DNA from: an uncultured candidate division Zixibacteria bacterium
GTDB taxonomy: Bacteria; Zixibacteria; MSB-5A5; UBA10806; 4484-95
DNA: 64,000 bases
Assembly (NCBI GenBank): GCA_963668625.2
Contig: CAXXKA010000010.1
Location: 1-64,000 of the forward strand
Reading direction: 5' to 3'
Part shown: piece after piece, positions 30,108-41,700 of the stretch
Position numbering within the stretch: position 1 is the first letter of the stretch
Layout of the letters: every line of letters starts with the position of its first letter
The notes under the pieces: model-generated
What the model was told of the DNA's origin: nothing
The model's database searches: none
Seen by the model: only the letters and a program-made list of their open reading frames with translations
Made by a program: the position numbers and the translations under genes

Positions 30108-32678
30108 ATGAAAAGGATACTGGTATATGTGCCGGTATTGATGATATTGATGGTATCCCAGGTGATGGGTCAGGTATCACAAACCGCGGTTCCATTTTTA
30201 TTAATTGCACCCGGAGCAAGAGCCGGCGGTATGGGCGAAACATTCGTATCGATCGCTGATGACGCCACGGCCACGCACTGGAATCCTGCAGGTTTGGGTA
30301 GATACCCGCTCTCGCCTGACTGGTTGACATTACCGGTCGATCTGGGCAAGAAAATCGAGTCTATCACGCTGGTATCCAACGATATGCCGGAGATGAATTA
30401 CAAACGGTATGATGTGTGGGCGGTCATTGACGGCCAACTGGCAAGATGGGATGAGGATCACTGGACTACCGGCACCGAATACGATCTCGATGAGGGACGT
30501 TCGATAAAAAGTATCTTGCGCGGTTATACCGGATTGACCGATGAGGAGTTGACTCCGTTCTACGCTAAACTCGCAGAAACATATACGGATATTTCCTCTA
30601 CTTACCTGGACTCCCTTAAAAATAAAATTAGCATGAAGTTGCCCGAGGATTATCTTTATGCCGATGAGATAGAGCTCGGATTCGAAAACCTCAAGAATGC
30701 CTGGAGTGATTTCAAACTCAACCAGCAGGGATTCGAAGGTTTCGAGAATATGGTAAATAAGAGCCTGGCGGATGATGAATTTTCGAAATCCGAGTTAGAC
30801 TCCATTGCTTTCGGATTTGACAATGCTATCTCGAAAAGAGCGGTGAAGAAAATAAATATCCCGTACAGCTTAATCATAACCTCGGAAATAAACGATATCG
30901 TATCCCACGGCGGTATGCTTTATATCGGTACCGATGATGGTTTCTTCCGCTATGACCCGAAGAGAAATAAATGGAAATCATACAGTATCGAGGACGGCTT
31001 ACCTTCCATGAGGATTACATCGCTGGCTCAATTCAGACGTCGCAGTATTCTGGTCGGTACCGATGTCGGCCTGGTATATTTTGACGGCGCAAAGGTCAAA
31101 ACGTTCAATGAGGAACAACAACCGCCGACTGATTATATTACCTCCCTGTCAGCGGTAAGCGATCGTAACATTTGGGCGGCTTCGGAAAACGATCTTTATC
31201 ATTATGATGGCAAAGGCTGGCATAATTATTACGAACATACGGTCTCGATTGGCGAAGACCTCGATAAGATAGTGGACAAATTCTATGGCGATATCGCCCT
31301 GTTGAATAGATATAAATACTTGAGCGATATCAAGGAATTGAACGAAATACAGGAAGAATTGAACGTAAACGATAAGGTTCGTTTACCTTACAAGTTCGCT
31401 TTCAAGGGAAGTATAAACAGCCTTTCGACAATGGGTAATAACCTGTGGATAGGTACCGAGACAGGTATAATACTATCCGTTAATAACAGCTTCATTCACT
31501 TCGGCTATAAGCGTTACACTGCAAGTGAGGATATTGAAATCCGCGATCTTGCGAGACAATTCGTAGCTGATAAAGATACCAAGAAAATCGATCAGTTAAC
31601 CGATGTCATTCTTAAATATAATGATATAGAAGGCACGACCCTGAAAAAAGGCGAGACTGTTCTGGTCTATGCCAACGCTCTGGGTGCACCGATAAAGTCG
31701 ATAGCCGTGGCCTCGGACAAGCGCGCTTATGTCGCTACGGCATTCGGTGTTGTCGAATACGACAACGGTATGTGGAGTCGATTCCCCAGGCCGGAATTAG
31801 CCCGGGCGCAGGTTCATACGATAAAAACCGAGTCGGGTGAGTTATGGTTTGCCACGGATGATCGGGTATTTATCAAAGCCAAAGCCATGAAACAGTTGAC
31901 ATTCATGCATTCGAATTACCTGGTTCAATTGGCCGATGACCTTTACTACGAGTTCTTTTCGTTCATCTTCCCCACCAGCGAATGGGGTACGTTCGGAGTG
32001 GGTGTTACCTTCCTCTCGTACGGTTCTCAGGAAAGACGCGGCGAATACGGTGAGGATCTTGGCCAGTTCAACTCCTACGATATCGCTCTCACTTTATCTT
32101 ACGGTACCAAGTTGATGGATAACATGTCGGCCGGTTTATCGGCCAAATATATCAATTCGCATCTGGCGGATGTTGGTGCGGGACGCGAAAAAGGCAAAGG
32201 CGTTGGATTCTCGTTCGCCCTCGATGGCGGTTTACTCTACGATGTCAATGATCGCCTGACACTGGCTACTACCGTAACGAACATAGGGCCGGAAATTTCC
32301 TATATCGACGCCGACCAGGCTGACCCGCTTCCGAGAAAACTTTCTCTGGCATTCGCTTACAGGCTGGTAAATTCGACTTACAACAGGCTGACTTTCGTTG
32401 GAGAGGCCAGCAAACTTCTGGTTGACCTGAATGATGATTTAAATACCGAGGTCGAGGAAATTATCCCTCACGCCGGTTTGGAGTACTGGTACTCCAACTA
32501 CGTATCACTGAGGGGCGGTTACATCTATGACGAGGTCGGTCAGCAAAAATATTTCACTACCGGCGCATCGCTTCAGTACAATAACTTAAGATTCGATTTC
32601 TCGTATGTTCCGTCCTCCGATGAAAAGTACAACAGGATGGGAAACACGATGAGATTTTCGATGAATGTCGTCTTTTAA
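30108..32678 (+). CDS. porV: PorV-family outer-membrane protein with a ~530-aa beta-propeller/LysM-like insertion
   Basis: AVPFLLIAPGARAGGMG...WNPAGL N-terminus; barrel half with LADDLYY, KYINSHL, NIGPEISYID..QADPLP, GLEYWY, NTMRFS; RBS GGAGG before ATG 30108. Confidence 0.8.
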   Translation: MKRILVYVPVLMILMVSQVMGQVSQTAVPFLLIAPGARAGGMGETFVSIADDATATHWNPAGLGRYPLSPDWLTLPVDLGKKIESITLVSNDMPEMNYKRYDVWAVIDGQLARWDEDHWTTGTEYDLDEGRSIKSILRGYTGLTDEELTPFYAKLAETYTDISSTYLDSLKNKISMKLPEDYLYADEIELGFENLKNAWSDFKLNQQGFEGFENMVNKSLADDEFSKSELDSIAFGFDNAISKRAVKKINIPYSLIITSEINDIVSHGGMLYIGTDDGFFRYDPKRNKWKSYSIEDGLPSMRITSLAQFRRRSILVGTDVGLVYFDGAKVKTFNEEQQPPTDYITSLSAVSDRNIWAASENDLYHYDGKGWHNYYEHTVSIGEDLDKIVDKFYGDIALLNRYKYLSDIKELNEIQEELNVNDKVRLPYKFAFKGSINSLSTMGNNLWIGTETGIILSVNNSFIHFGYKRYTASEDIEIRDLARQFVADKDTKKIDQLTDVILKYNDIEGTTLKKGETVLVYANALGAPIKSIAVASDKRAYVATAFGVVEYDNGMWSRFPRPELARAQVHTIKTESGELWFATDDRVFIKAKAMKQLTFMHSNYLVQLADDLYYEFFSFIFPTSEWGTFGVGVTFLSYGSQERRGEYGEDLGQFNSYDIALTLSYGTKLMDNMSAGLSAKYINSHLADVGAGREKGKGVGFSFALDGGLLYDVNDRLTLATTVTNIGPEISYIDADQADPLPRKLSLAFAYRLVNSTYNRLTFVGEASKLLVDLNDDLNTEVEEIIPHAGLEYWYSNYVSLRGGYIYDEVGQQKYFTTGASLQYNNLRFDFSYVPSSDEKYNRMGNTMRFSMNVVF

Positions 32679-32690
32679 CGGAGAAACCGG

Positions 32691-35600
32691 ATGTTGAAGA
32701 ATTTTGCATCGCTTGTTATATTAATAGCCCTGGCCGGCGTATTGTTCGGCGCTGATCTGTATATTCCCAAACAACAGGATGGGAAAATAATAGGTCACGA
32801 CCTGGGTGTAAATGAAAAGCCCGAAGCTATCAGGTCGATGATTTCCCGAAAAAATCTACTCGGCCTGGAACGCGAAAAGCCATACGGCCTGCCGGTTAAG
32901 AAACACGGTAAACCTATCACGGCCGATATACAGGACGTGGATATATTGAATATACTGATACTGCGCGTGGAATTCGAAACCGAGGATCCGGATGATCCGA
33001 CTACCACAGGTAACGGCAATTTCGATCTTCGAAGTTTAGAGGATTTTTTCGCGGAGGAGGGACACGAATTCGATCCAGCGCCTCATAATAAATCTTATTT
33101 CAATTCGCATATGGAGGCTCTTCGTCGATATTACAAATCCGTCTCTGATAATCAGCTTAGTATCACCTGGGATATTTATCCCGAGGCGGAAAATGCCGCT
33201 TATCGTCTGCCACACCCGATGTCATATTACGGCAGCGATGTACCCTCGGACGAGCTTATCTCGCAGCTCCTGGCTTTCCTTCGGGATGGCATTACTATGG
33301 CTGATACGGTAAACCCCGAAATCAATTTCAGCGACTATCAATCGGTATTCGTTTTTCACGCGGGTTCGAATCAACAAAACAATATCGATTTTATCGAGGA
33401 TACGCCAAACGATTTCTGGACAGGATTTCTCTGGACCGAGGATAGTATCGCCGTGGATGATGGCTCTTATTATATCACGGAGGCTTTGATTCTCCCCGAA
33501 ACCGGCTCACAGGATAACCGGGTTACGGTACTAAACGGCGTAATCGCGCACGAGTTCGGCCATCAATTGGGGTTGATAGATATTTACAACACATCTAATT
33601 TCCTGACCCAGGTCGGTAATTTCTCGCTGATGGATAACAACGGCCAGAATATCGCCCTGGAGCTCGACACGCTCGGAACGTTTACGATGGGCGCGTTACC
33701 GTCGTACCCGGATGCATGGTCGAGGGCATATCTGGGATTTTCCGGTGTTACAGAACTGACCAGTGGCGATGATGTCGTAGTCAGGGCGGCCGAACAGAAT
33801 CATCACGATAACGAGATTTTGAAAGTGCCGATATCACAGTACGAATATTTCCTGATAGAGAACCGTCAAACCAAAACCGATTTCGCGTACAAGGATTACG
33901 AGGATAACGGAACGTTGATAACCGACAACGCTATTCTTGCCGATCCGGTCACTGGAGTTATCTTAGGACCCGGTTGGGCTTATTATGGAAGCAATGACAT
34001 TAACAAGGTAGCCAACGGTGAATACGACCGCCTGATGCCGGGTGACGGTATTTTGATATGGCACATAGATGAACTAGTTGCTTATCTCGATTATACTTAT
34101 TCCGGGACGGGCTATAATAATTTCGAATTGAATTCTCTTCAATGGGATTATAACCGACGATTCATATCACTGGTCGAGGCCGATGGCATAGTTGATTTCG
34201 GCGGAAATTACTATGCCGGTTTCGGTGACGCCGATGATTATTTCAATAATTTCAGTTTCCAGCCGCAATCATTCACACCCTCGACTCTTCCCAGTACCAG
34301 GTCGAACCTCGGCGCCGATACGCATATATCGATAACCGATATAAAATCACCGTATATACTCGATCATACCGACAGGATAAACAAGTACTCCGATACGGTG
34401 ATGTATTGCGATGTAGCCGTTGACTGGTATCAGGCCGGTTTCCCGACTATGGGTTTCCCGAATGTAAGTACCGATGGAGGCGGAATACTGGCGATCGATA
34501 TCGATTCGGATGGTTTTGATGAGGCATTGACTGCCCGTGGCAATTTCATTTTAGCGGTAAACGGTGACGCTTCACCGGTTATGGATACTACCTCGGGAGT
34601 TATTATAGAAAGTTTCGATGATGATTCTCTGATTTATATCATCCCTTATTTTGCTTATCTCAGCGGTGGGATTAAGGGTGATTTGATAGGTGGTGATTTC
34701 GATGGCGACGATGCTTTCGAGGTTGCCTGTTTGGATGCTAATGATACTCTGTATATTTTCAAAGGCAGCGATACCAGTCCTCGTGATTCATCGGCCGATC
34801 TGCTGGGTTCGGTGTTCATGTCGGATAGTATAAGCGCCGGCCCGATTGCCAGCGATTTCAACAATGATGGCCTTGATGAAGTAGTTGCCGGAACGTTCAG
34901 TAATAGCATTGCGGTTATCTCCTATTCCGGCAGCCCGACATTGGATATTACGTATTTTGGTACTGGAGTCGATGCAGGTGATTACATAGAAAAAATCAAT
35001 GTCGCGGATGACACTCTTTACGTTCTGGTTGGTAGTATGGATAACAGCCATTATGTAATAAAAGGCGTGCTTGATGATTCGCTGGTGGTCGCTGAAAGCT
35101 ATACGTTGCCCGATGGAGAGTTCGGGGGGATGGTTTGCTGTGATGTCAATCGTGATCAGGTATGCGATATAGTCGCGACTGTAGGTAACAACCTGGTCAT
35201 TCGGGATGGTGCCGATAGCGATGTATCGACAAGTTATACCGTGTCCAATCCCAGTGCACCGGTAATAGGAGATATCGATTCGGATGGTTATCCAGATATC
35301 GTATTTACCGGGGTTAACAATGGTTTATATCTCTATGCATTAAACCATCTGGGAAATATGAAAAACAACTTCCCAACAATGGTTTCGGCAAAATGTTATT
35401 CCGAATGCACGAATGAACCGCTCCTGGTGGACATGGATGCCGATACGAATCCCGATATAATCGTAACGCTGCCTGATGGCGCGCTCGGTTGGGATCTCAC
35501 TTATGCGGAGGAAACCGATAGCGGCACCGTAACCAGGGACACGACCGTTGCCTTACCCACTGGCGGTCTGAGTTGCTTCGATTATCACGGTGACAGATTG

Positions 35601-36116
35601 GGCGGGTTCCCACTTTCGACATCCACCGCTATACCGGTGGAGCCGGCAATAGGCAATTTCGATGATGATGAAGGGCTGGAGATAGTCGCTATTGACTCAT
35701 CCGGTTTCTATTCGATGTGGGATATAGGCTTGTCGACGGCTCAGATTAATGCTCCGTGGAGCCAGGCCGGCGGCGGTTACGACCGTACCGGCTACCTATC
35801 TCCGACTTACGAGAAACCAATTGATGTCAAGCAGGCATTCCTGGATGAGTCGATGGTGTACAATTACCCCAATCCGGCTCAGGACGAGACATATTTCAGG
35901 TATTATGTTGACCAGCCCGCTAACATTAATATAAAAATATTCGATATGACCGGCGAACTGGTTGATGAGTTGGACGGCGCTACCACCGGTCAGGTAGATG
36001 ATGAGATTTTCTGGGATTGTTCGGATTTCGCCTCGGGCGTGTATTTCGCCAGGTTCGAGGCCGACTCTGACGCTGCCAGTGAAAACGTAATGATAAAAAT
36101 AGCTTTGATCAAATAG
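32691..36116 (+). CDS. M6 (immune inhibitor A-like) metalloprotease with FG-GAP repeats and T9SS CTD
   Basis: FHAG, AHEFGHQLGLID zinc motif, EYFLIENR, GILIWHIDE, D.D.DG repeats, YNYPNP...SGVYF. Confidence 0.85.
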   Translation: MLKNFASLVILIALAGVLFGADLYIPKQQDGKIIGHDLGVNEKPEAIRSMISRKNLLGLEREKPYGLPVKKHGKPITADIQDVDILNILILRVEFETEDPDDPTTTGNGNFDLRSLEDFFAEEGHEFDPAPHNKSYFNSHMEALRRYYKSVSDNQLSITWDIYPEAENAAYRLPHPMSYYGSDVPSDELISQLLAFLRDGITMADTVNPEINFSDYQSVFVFHAGSNQQNNIDFIEDTPNDFWTGFLWTEDSIAVDDGSYYITEALILPETGSQDNRVTVLNGVIAHEFGHQLGLIDIYNTSNFLTQVGNFSLMDNNGQNIALELDTLGTFTMGALPSYPDAWSRAYLGFSGVTELTSGDDVVVRAAEQNHHDNEILKVPISQYEYFLIENRQTKTDFAYKDYEDNGTLITDNAILADPVTGVILGPGWAYYGSNDINKVANGEYDRLMPGDGILIWHIDELVAYLDYTYSGTGYNNFELNSLQWDYNRRFISLVEADGIVDFGGNYYAGFGDADDYFNNFSFQPQSFTPSTLPSTRSNLGADTHISITDIKSPYILDHTDRINKYSDTVMYCDVAVDWYQAGFPTMGFPNVSTDGGGILAIDIDSDGFDEALTARGNFILAVNGDASPVMDTTSGVIIESFDDDSLIYIIPYFAYLSGGIKGDLIGGDFDGDDAFEVACLDANDTLYIFKGSDTSPRDSSADLLGSVFMSDSISAGPIASDFNNDGLDEVVAGTFSNSIAVISYSGSPTLDITYFGTGVDAGDYIEKINVADDTLYVLVGSMDNSHYVIKGVLDDSLVVAESYTLPDGEFGGMVCCDVNRDQVCDIVATVGNNLVIRDGADSDVSTSYTVSNPSAPVIGDIDSDGYPDIVFTGVNNGLYLYALNHLGNMKNNFPTMVSAKCYSECTNEPLLVDMDADTNPDIIVTLPDGALGWDLTYAEETDSGTVTRDTTVALPTGGLSCFDYHGDRLGGFPLSTSTAIPVEPAIGNFDDDEGLEIVAIDSSGFYSMWDIGLSTAQINAPWSQAGGGYDRTGYLSPTYEKPIDVKQAFLDESMVYNYPNPAQDETYFRYYVDQPANINIKIFDMTGELVDELDGATTGQVDDEIFWDCSDFASGVYFARFEADSDAASENVMIKIALIK

Positions 36117-36126
36117 AGGAGGAGTC

Positions 36127-36963
36127 ATGCGCCGGATTGCGGCAATCATAACAGTTATTCTTCTAACTACAGGTCTGGTCTGGGGCGGGCAGCTCGATGA
36201 TGACGGTTTAACCGTGGAGCAATATTTTGCCTCTAACCAGTTAACCGCCCAGAATTTTTATGCTTCCAATGAGGTTATCGATGATCTCGATGATGAATTA
36301 CCGCTCACCGGCGATATTTATCAATTCGAAACCAAGTCCACGAAAAGAGCATTCTTCTACTCTTTGCTCGTACCGGGTGCCGGGCAGTATTATGCCGGCT
36401 CCAGGGTCAAACCGGCGGTGTTTTTGGGGGTTGAGGCATTGTTGTGGGCAGGTTATTTTGTCTATGACGGCAAGGGAGATGACGAGAAAAAGCTATATCA
36501 GGATTTTGCCAACGATAATTACCAGTGGCAGGATTTCATGACATGGTGGGAAACCCTTTCGGATGCTCAACAGGATTCGTTTTCGCATCGCCTGCCCTGG
36601 GATGAGGCGAACAATACGGTTACCAGGAATCACGAATATTACGAGAATATCGGTAAATATGATCAGTTTCAGATAGGTTGGATCGATATCGATAACTATG
36701 CCTACCCTCCGCCGTACGGTGATGCTATTACTGAAGGAAGTCGTTCGATTTATCTGGATATGCGTCGTAAAGCCAATGATTACTACCAGAACGCGAACAC
36801 GATGATAATGCTATCGCTCCTGAACAGGATCGTTTCCGCTTTCGAGGCCGCTCTGACCGCCAAGCATTATAACAAAGGCCAAAAACGATTCGCGTTTGAT
36901 CTGAGAATGAAAAATTGGGGCGAGGAAAAAGTCCCCATGCTAACTGTGAACTATAGATTTTGA
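36127..36963 (+). CDS. Exported protein, DUF5683-like
   Basis: Signal peptide; AF.YSLLVPGAGQYY; EYYENIGKYDQF. Confidence 0.6.
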   Translation: MRRIAAIITVILLTTGLVWGGQLDDDGLTVEQYFASNQLTAQNFYASNEVIDDLDDELPLTGDIYQFETKSTKRAFFYSLLVPGAGQYYAGSRVKPAVFLGVEALLWAGYFVYDGKGDDEKKLYQDFANDNYQWQDFMTWWETLSDAQQDSFSHRLPWDEANNTVTRNHEYYENIGKYDQFQIGWIDIDNYAYPPPYGDAITEGSRSIYLDMRRKANDYYQNANTMIMLSLLNRIVSAFEAALTAKHYNKGQKRFAFDLRMKNWGEEKVPMLTVNYRF

Positions 36964-36965
36964 TT

Positions 36966-37763
36966 ATGGTTAGATATTTTATAATTATTACGTTAGTAGC
37001 CGGCTTAAGCGTCACGACTATCGCCGATCCCGATCGGAGTATCGATAAGCTGATGCGCCTGGAGCTGGCCTCGGCCGGTGAACTGGATGACGAGGAGCAG
37101 GGCGAGGAATACAGTTTCCCGCTCTCGAGCAATACCGAGAACAGCCCAAATTTCAAATCATCGGGCAGAGCCGCGCTTTACTCGTTGGCGCTTCCCGGTT
37201 CCGGTCAGTATTACGTTCAAGGCGCTAGTTTGAAAGCCAAGTTTTTTATAGGTTTGGAGGCCGGGTTGTGGTTCTCCTATTTGGGTTTCCATAAATTCAG
37301 CGATTATAAAGATGATGCCTCGAAAGGCTGGGCCGTGGTTCATGCCGGGGCTGATGCCTCCAACTCCGATGATGATTATTGGGTGAAGATGACTTATTAC
37401 GATAATCGCGATAGAAACGAAGACGACGGCCAGGGATACAACCAGATGGTATTAGTGAACGAGCGTGATTACTCTCTTCTGTTTCCCGAAACCTCGCTAT
37501 ACTATTGGAACTGGGACGGCCCGGAGACTCGTCAGAAATACCGAAATCTGCGCAATGAAAGCAAAACCGCTCGCGAACGCGCGGATATCACACTGGGGAT
37601 AATTATAGCTAATCATCTGATATCCGGCATCGAGGCGTTTTTCACCGCAAGCAGACATAACCGTCACATTGAATTTGCCGATACCGGTTTCAAACTAAAG
37701 TACGATATCAGGGCTAATCCAGTAAACCCATCCGTATCCGTAAGTTTAGTTAGAAACTTTTAG
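36966..37763 (+). CDS. Exported protein, DUF5683-like paralogue
   Basis: A.LYSLALPGSGQYY; NHLISGIEAF; shares layout with the upstream gene. Confidence 0.6.
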   Translation: MVRYFIIITLVAGLSVTTIADPDRSIDKLMRLELASAGELDDEEQGEEYSFPLSSNTENSPNFKSSGRAALYSLALPGSGQYYVQGASLKAKFFIGLEAGLWFSYLGFHKFSDYKDDASKGWAVVHAGADASNSDDDYWVKMTYYDNRDRNEDDGQGYNQMVLVNERDYSLLFPETSLYYWNWDGPETRQKYRNLRNESKTARERADITLGIIIANHLISGIEAFFTASRHNRHIEFADTGFKLKYDIRANPVNPSVSVSLVRNF

Positions 37764-37766
37764 TTT

Positions 37767-38702
37767 ATGTTTACAAGGTATATAATTCCATTCATATTAA
37801 TGCTGCTGGTCGTAGGGTGTTCCTCGACTAATCGTTCCGATATTTCGAATTCATCCGACATAGTGAATCTCCAGGTGATAAATACCATAGGACCGGATAT
37901 AGGTAGTTCCCGTTCTCTCAATTCGCCGAAAGCCATAACGGTAAATCAATCAGGTGATATTTTTATCGCGGATTTCGGTAACGATAGAATCGTGAAACTC
38001 GATTCGACTTACAGGTTGATAAAGGAGGTAGGCGGTTTCGGATCGGGAGACTACTCTTTTAACGGCCCGATCGACCTGGCGCTGGATAAAGTTTCCAATC
38101 TGTACGTTGCCGACTATGGCAACAGCCGGATTATCCGTCTCGACCGTCAATTGAATTTCAGTTCCAGCGAGTATGGTTATATAAAGGATGAGCGGGTTGA
38201 TTTCATCCGGCCGATAAGCATCGGCATTACCGATCGCAACGAGATTATAGTCGGGGATGAAGGATTGGCCGCTTGTTTCAAGCTCGATCAATTCTTCGCT
38301 TATCAATTCGAATTCGGTACTCTGGATGAGATATATTCGGTGGTGTATCCCTCTTCGGTATGCTATAAAAACGGTACTATCTACGTATGCGATCCCGAGT
38401 ACGGTTATCTTTTTACCTATGATGAATTCGGGATGTTCAATGGTACGTTCGGCGAGGAAGTTCTATCCGAACCCGTATCGGTTGCGGTATCGGGTAAGAA
38501 TGAAATATGGGTCGTGGACAGGAAATCGGCTACGCTTCATTTGTTCAACCGACGCGGCAAAGAGCTGTTTCGCTGGAGCGGTGCGGGTATGTACCGTCTA
38601 TATCGCCCGTCGGATATTTTCGTAGACAGTAACAATTTAATTTACCTGGTCGACTCGCAAGCCTCCCGCATTCTTATTCTCAGGCCTTTAATGGGAAATT
38701 AA
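37767..38702 (+). CDS. NHL-repeat lipoprotein
   Basis: Lipobox VVGC; repeated P..I.V...G.I.IAD.GN.RI units. Confidence 0.85.
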   Translation: MFTRYIIPFILMLLVVGCSSTNRSDISNSSDIVNLQVINTIGPDIGSSRSLNSPKAITVNQSGDIFIADFGNDRIVKLDSTYRLIKEVGGFGSGDYSFNGPIDLALDKVSNLYVADYGNSRIIRLDRQLNFSSSEYGYIKDERVDFIRPISIGITDRNEIIVGDEGLAACFKLDQFFAYQFEFGTLDEIYSVVYPSSVCYKNGTIYVCDPEYGYLFTYDEFGMFNGTFGEEVLSEPVSVAVSGKNEIWVVDRKSATLHLFNRRGKELFRWSGAGMYRLYRPSDIFVDSNNLIYLVDSQASRILILRPLMGN

Positions 38703-38705
38703 ACC

Positions 38706-41700
38706 ATGAGGCTGAAGCTGGCCGTATTTCTCACTTTCTTTTTTATCGCTAATTGCCCCGCAATGGATAATATGACTTTGACCATTCCGCTTAGCGGCGG
38801 TACCGGTCCGTATTTTCTCGAACATTCGCCTATTATCGTAGAAACCGATGTCGTATCATCGGGAGATACCATTTTAATTCGAGGCCGAGATTACCGGATA
38901 GATTATAATAACGGCTATATCATTTTAAGCGATAGCCTCCCCGATTATGACACTCTCGTGGTTACCTTTCAACCCTCGCCGATAACCGTTCGGCGTTCAT
39001 TTACCCGATATAGGCCAATTGCCTATGAAAGTCGGGATACTTTGATTAGCCAACTCGAGCTAAAGCCTCGTTCCTATGGCAGTAACCTGGATATATTCGG
39101 TTCGAAAGGTTTCGCGGTGAATATCGGTGATATCGGCGAACCCTCGTTGACACAAAGTCTCGATTTGAATATCAGCGGCCAGCTCGCCCGGGATGTTTAC
39201 ATTCGTGGAAGTGTATCCGACAGGAATTTCGGTTCATCATCGTCGGGCGGTACGCGTTCCCTGGATGAGCTCGATAAAATATTACTGAGCGTCGAATCGA
39301 AAAATTTCCGTGGTGATTTCGGAGATCTCGAGTTATCGGGTGTGAACGGCTCTCTTCTGGATTATCAGCGCAAGCTAACGGGTTTGGATATCACGGCTAA
39401 TACCGGCGGATTTACCGGCAAATCATCGCTGGCGTTTTCTCCGGGAGAGCAGGTGGAGATATTTTTCTACGGCAGTGACGGCAAGCAAGGGCCGTATATT
39501 CTCGATACCGAAACCACGATGTCCTCCTCGTTAGGCGAGGTTTTTTTACCGGGCACCGAGGAGGTCTACCTGGATGGTGTCAAGCTTACGCGGGGTGTCG
39601 AGAACGATTATACTATCGATTACTACGAGCGTTACGTACAGTTCATGCCGGGTAATATCATAACCTCGGATAGCAGGATTACGGTGAAAATCCAACTGGC
39701 CCCGGAGGGATACCGTCGAAGTTTTTACCATATCAATAGTTTCTACGATAGCGGCTTCAAAATCGGGGCGCAATACGTGGGTGAGCATGATGATAAGGCC
39801 AACCCGAGGAATTTCGAGTTGGGGCAAGCCGAACGATCGGCGCTCGCCGCAGCCGGATCGGTTCAGGATTCTGCTTATGTCAGTGGCGCGAAATTCGTGG
39901 GAGCAGGAGAGGGCGAGTACCTGTTGGTAACCGATTCCTCGGGCAATCAATACTACGATTTCGTTGGCGATAACGCCGGCGATTACACCGTCAGTTTCAG
40001 CCGCGTGGGAGCGGGCGAAGGGGAGTACGAGTATGCCGGAGCCGGCGAGTATTTGTTTGTTGGCGAGGGTGGCGGCGCCTATAGCCCGGTTTTATACTAT
40101 CCTTTGCCGGAATCGCGCGACTTCGGCTCGATAATTATCGGCAAACCAGGTGATATCTATCTGAACGGCGAACTGGCTATCTCTAAATATGATAAGAACA
40201 CGCTTTCGGATGTCGATATGATACAGACGGGGATTGGATTTTCAGGTAATCTGGGTTGGAAAAAAGACAGTCTTACTTTTTGGGGAAAATCATTCTACGC
40301 TCAGTTGCTCGATATGAAGCTGCGCCTGCTGGATAGTGAATTTACCTCACCGGGCATTCTCAACCGCACCGAGTTTTTCCGCGAGTATAACATCCCCCAG
40401 GCGAAATCATACTCATCCGAAAGGCTGGTCGAGGTTAAATCAGGATATAAAACCGTCTCGAATGAAACTATAGATTTCGGCGGCGGTTATTTTCAAAACG
40501 ATCAATATCGTGCCCGTCGTGGTTATGGATTGTTTAACCTGCTGGTCTTTCCTCGTTTGATGATAATCGGTTCTTCCGAGCTATCGCATTCCGAGGACAG
40601 GTACACCGGGACGAAATCCGATTGGAATAAATACGAAACAGGGGTTAAGGTCATCGATAGCCGATTCAAACCCTCTGCGTTTTACCGTCACGAACTTAAC
40701 GATGGTTTGTTGCTTTCCGGTTACGGTTACGAATCGGATGAATACGAGGGCGGGGTAGAGCTTGTTCCCGGCGGAGGTTTCACCACGTCCAGTAAGTTCG
40801 TTTATAGAGACCAACAGTACGCGGAAAGCGAGAACCAGTGGCGCAAGCAATACGATAGATACAGCCTCGAACAGGGAATAAACTATGGCTCATCGGGGGC
40901 GAAATTTACCGGGCAGTTGAATTACTCGAGGGTTTATCAAAAACAATCATATCCCGATATCGAGAAACTCGTACGCAACATGGGCAGTTTAAAATTGAAT
41001 TATAATACTCCTGATATAGGTTTCACTTTCTATGAAAATATCAACGGCACCGGACAGATCAATCGGGCTCGCGAGTATGTTTATGTCGGCGATGGCAAAG
41101 GTGATTACCGTCGCGACGGTGAGGACTACGTGCCCGAACAGGGCGGCGATTATATCGAGGTCATCAGGCAGCTTGGCGAAACAAATCAAATAGGCGGCTA
41201 TGAGATATCCGGCGGCTTACGAGCGAGATTGAATACGAAAGTTCTGACCTCCGATAAAATATTGAGCAGGATTACCCTCGATGGTGATTTCAGCCATCGC
41301 CTGAATTTGTCCTCCGATACTCAACTGGATTTTGAACATCTTGTACCGTTTTCCGGTTATGATGAGTCCGAGATGTCTTACAAGACATTCAGCTATAAGC
41401 AACGATCGACATTGAGGCTGAATAAGGCCGGTGATTATTTACGTCACACGTTCAGCTCCTCTCGAAGCGATGGTAGCGATTATCTTTATGAAAATCTTAG
41501 CGATAGAGAAAATTCCAACGGCGCTGAAATCAAGTTGTTTTCTCGTTCGATAGTCGGTGTTTTAGGCGCCGGCCAATACGCCACCGAAAAAAGATGGTTG
41601 TATTCGGGGAATGTCGATATCGAGAAAATAGAGGCCAGGCTCGTGCCCGAGATAAGGCCGTCCCGGGCAATAAGAATCGAGCTGCCGCTTGGTTATTCCA

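Noticed and set aside
39890-40085. Short repeated DNA units as a possible CRISPR or tandem array
   Set aside because: They are in-frame Gly-rich protein repeats (FVG.G.G.Y), degenerate at the DNA level, with no spacer structure or cas genes.
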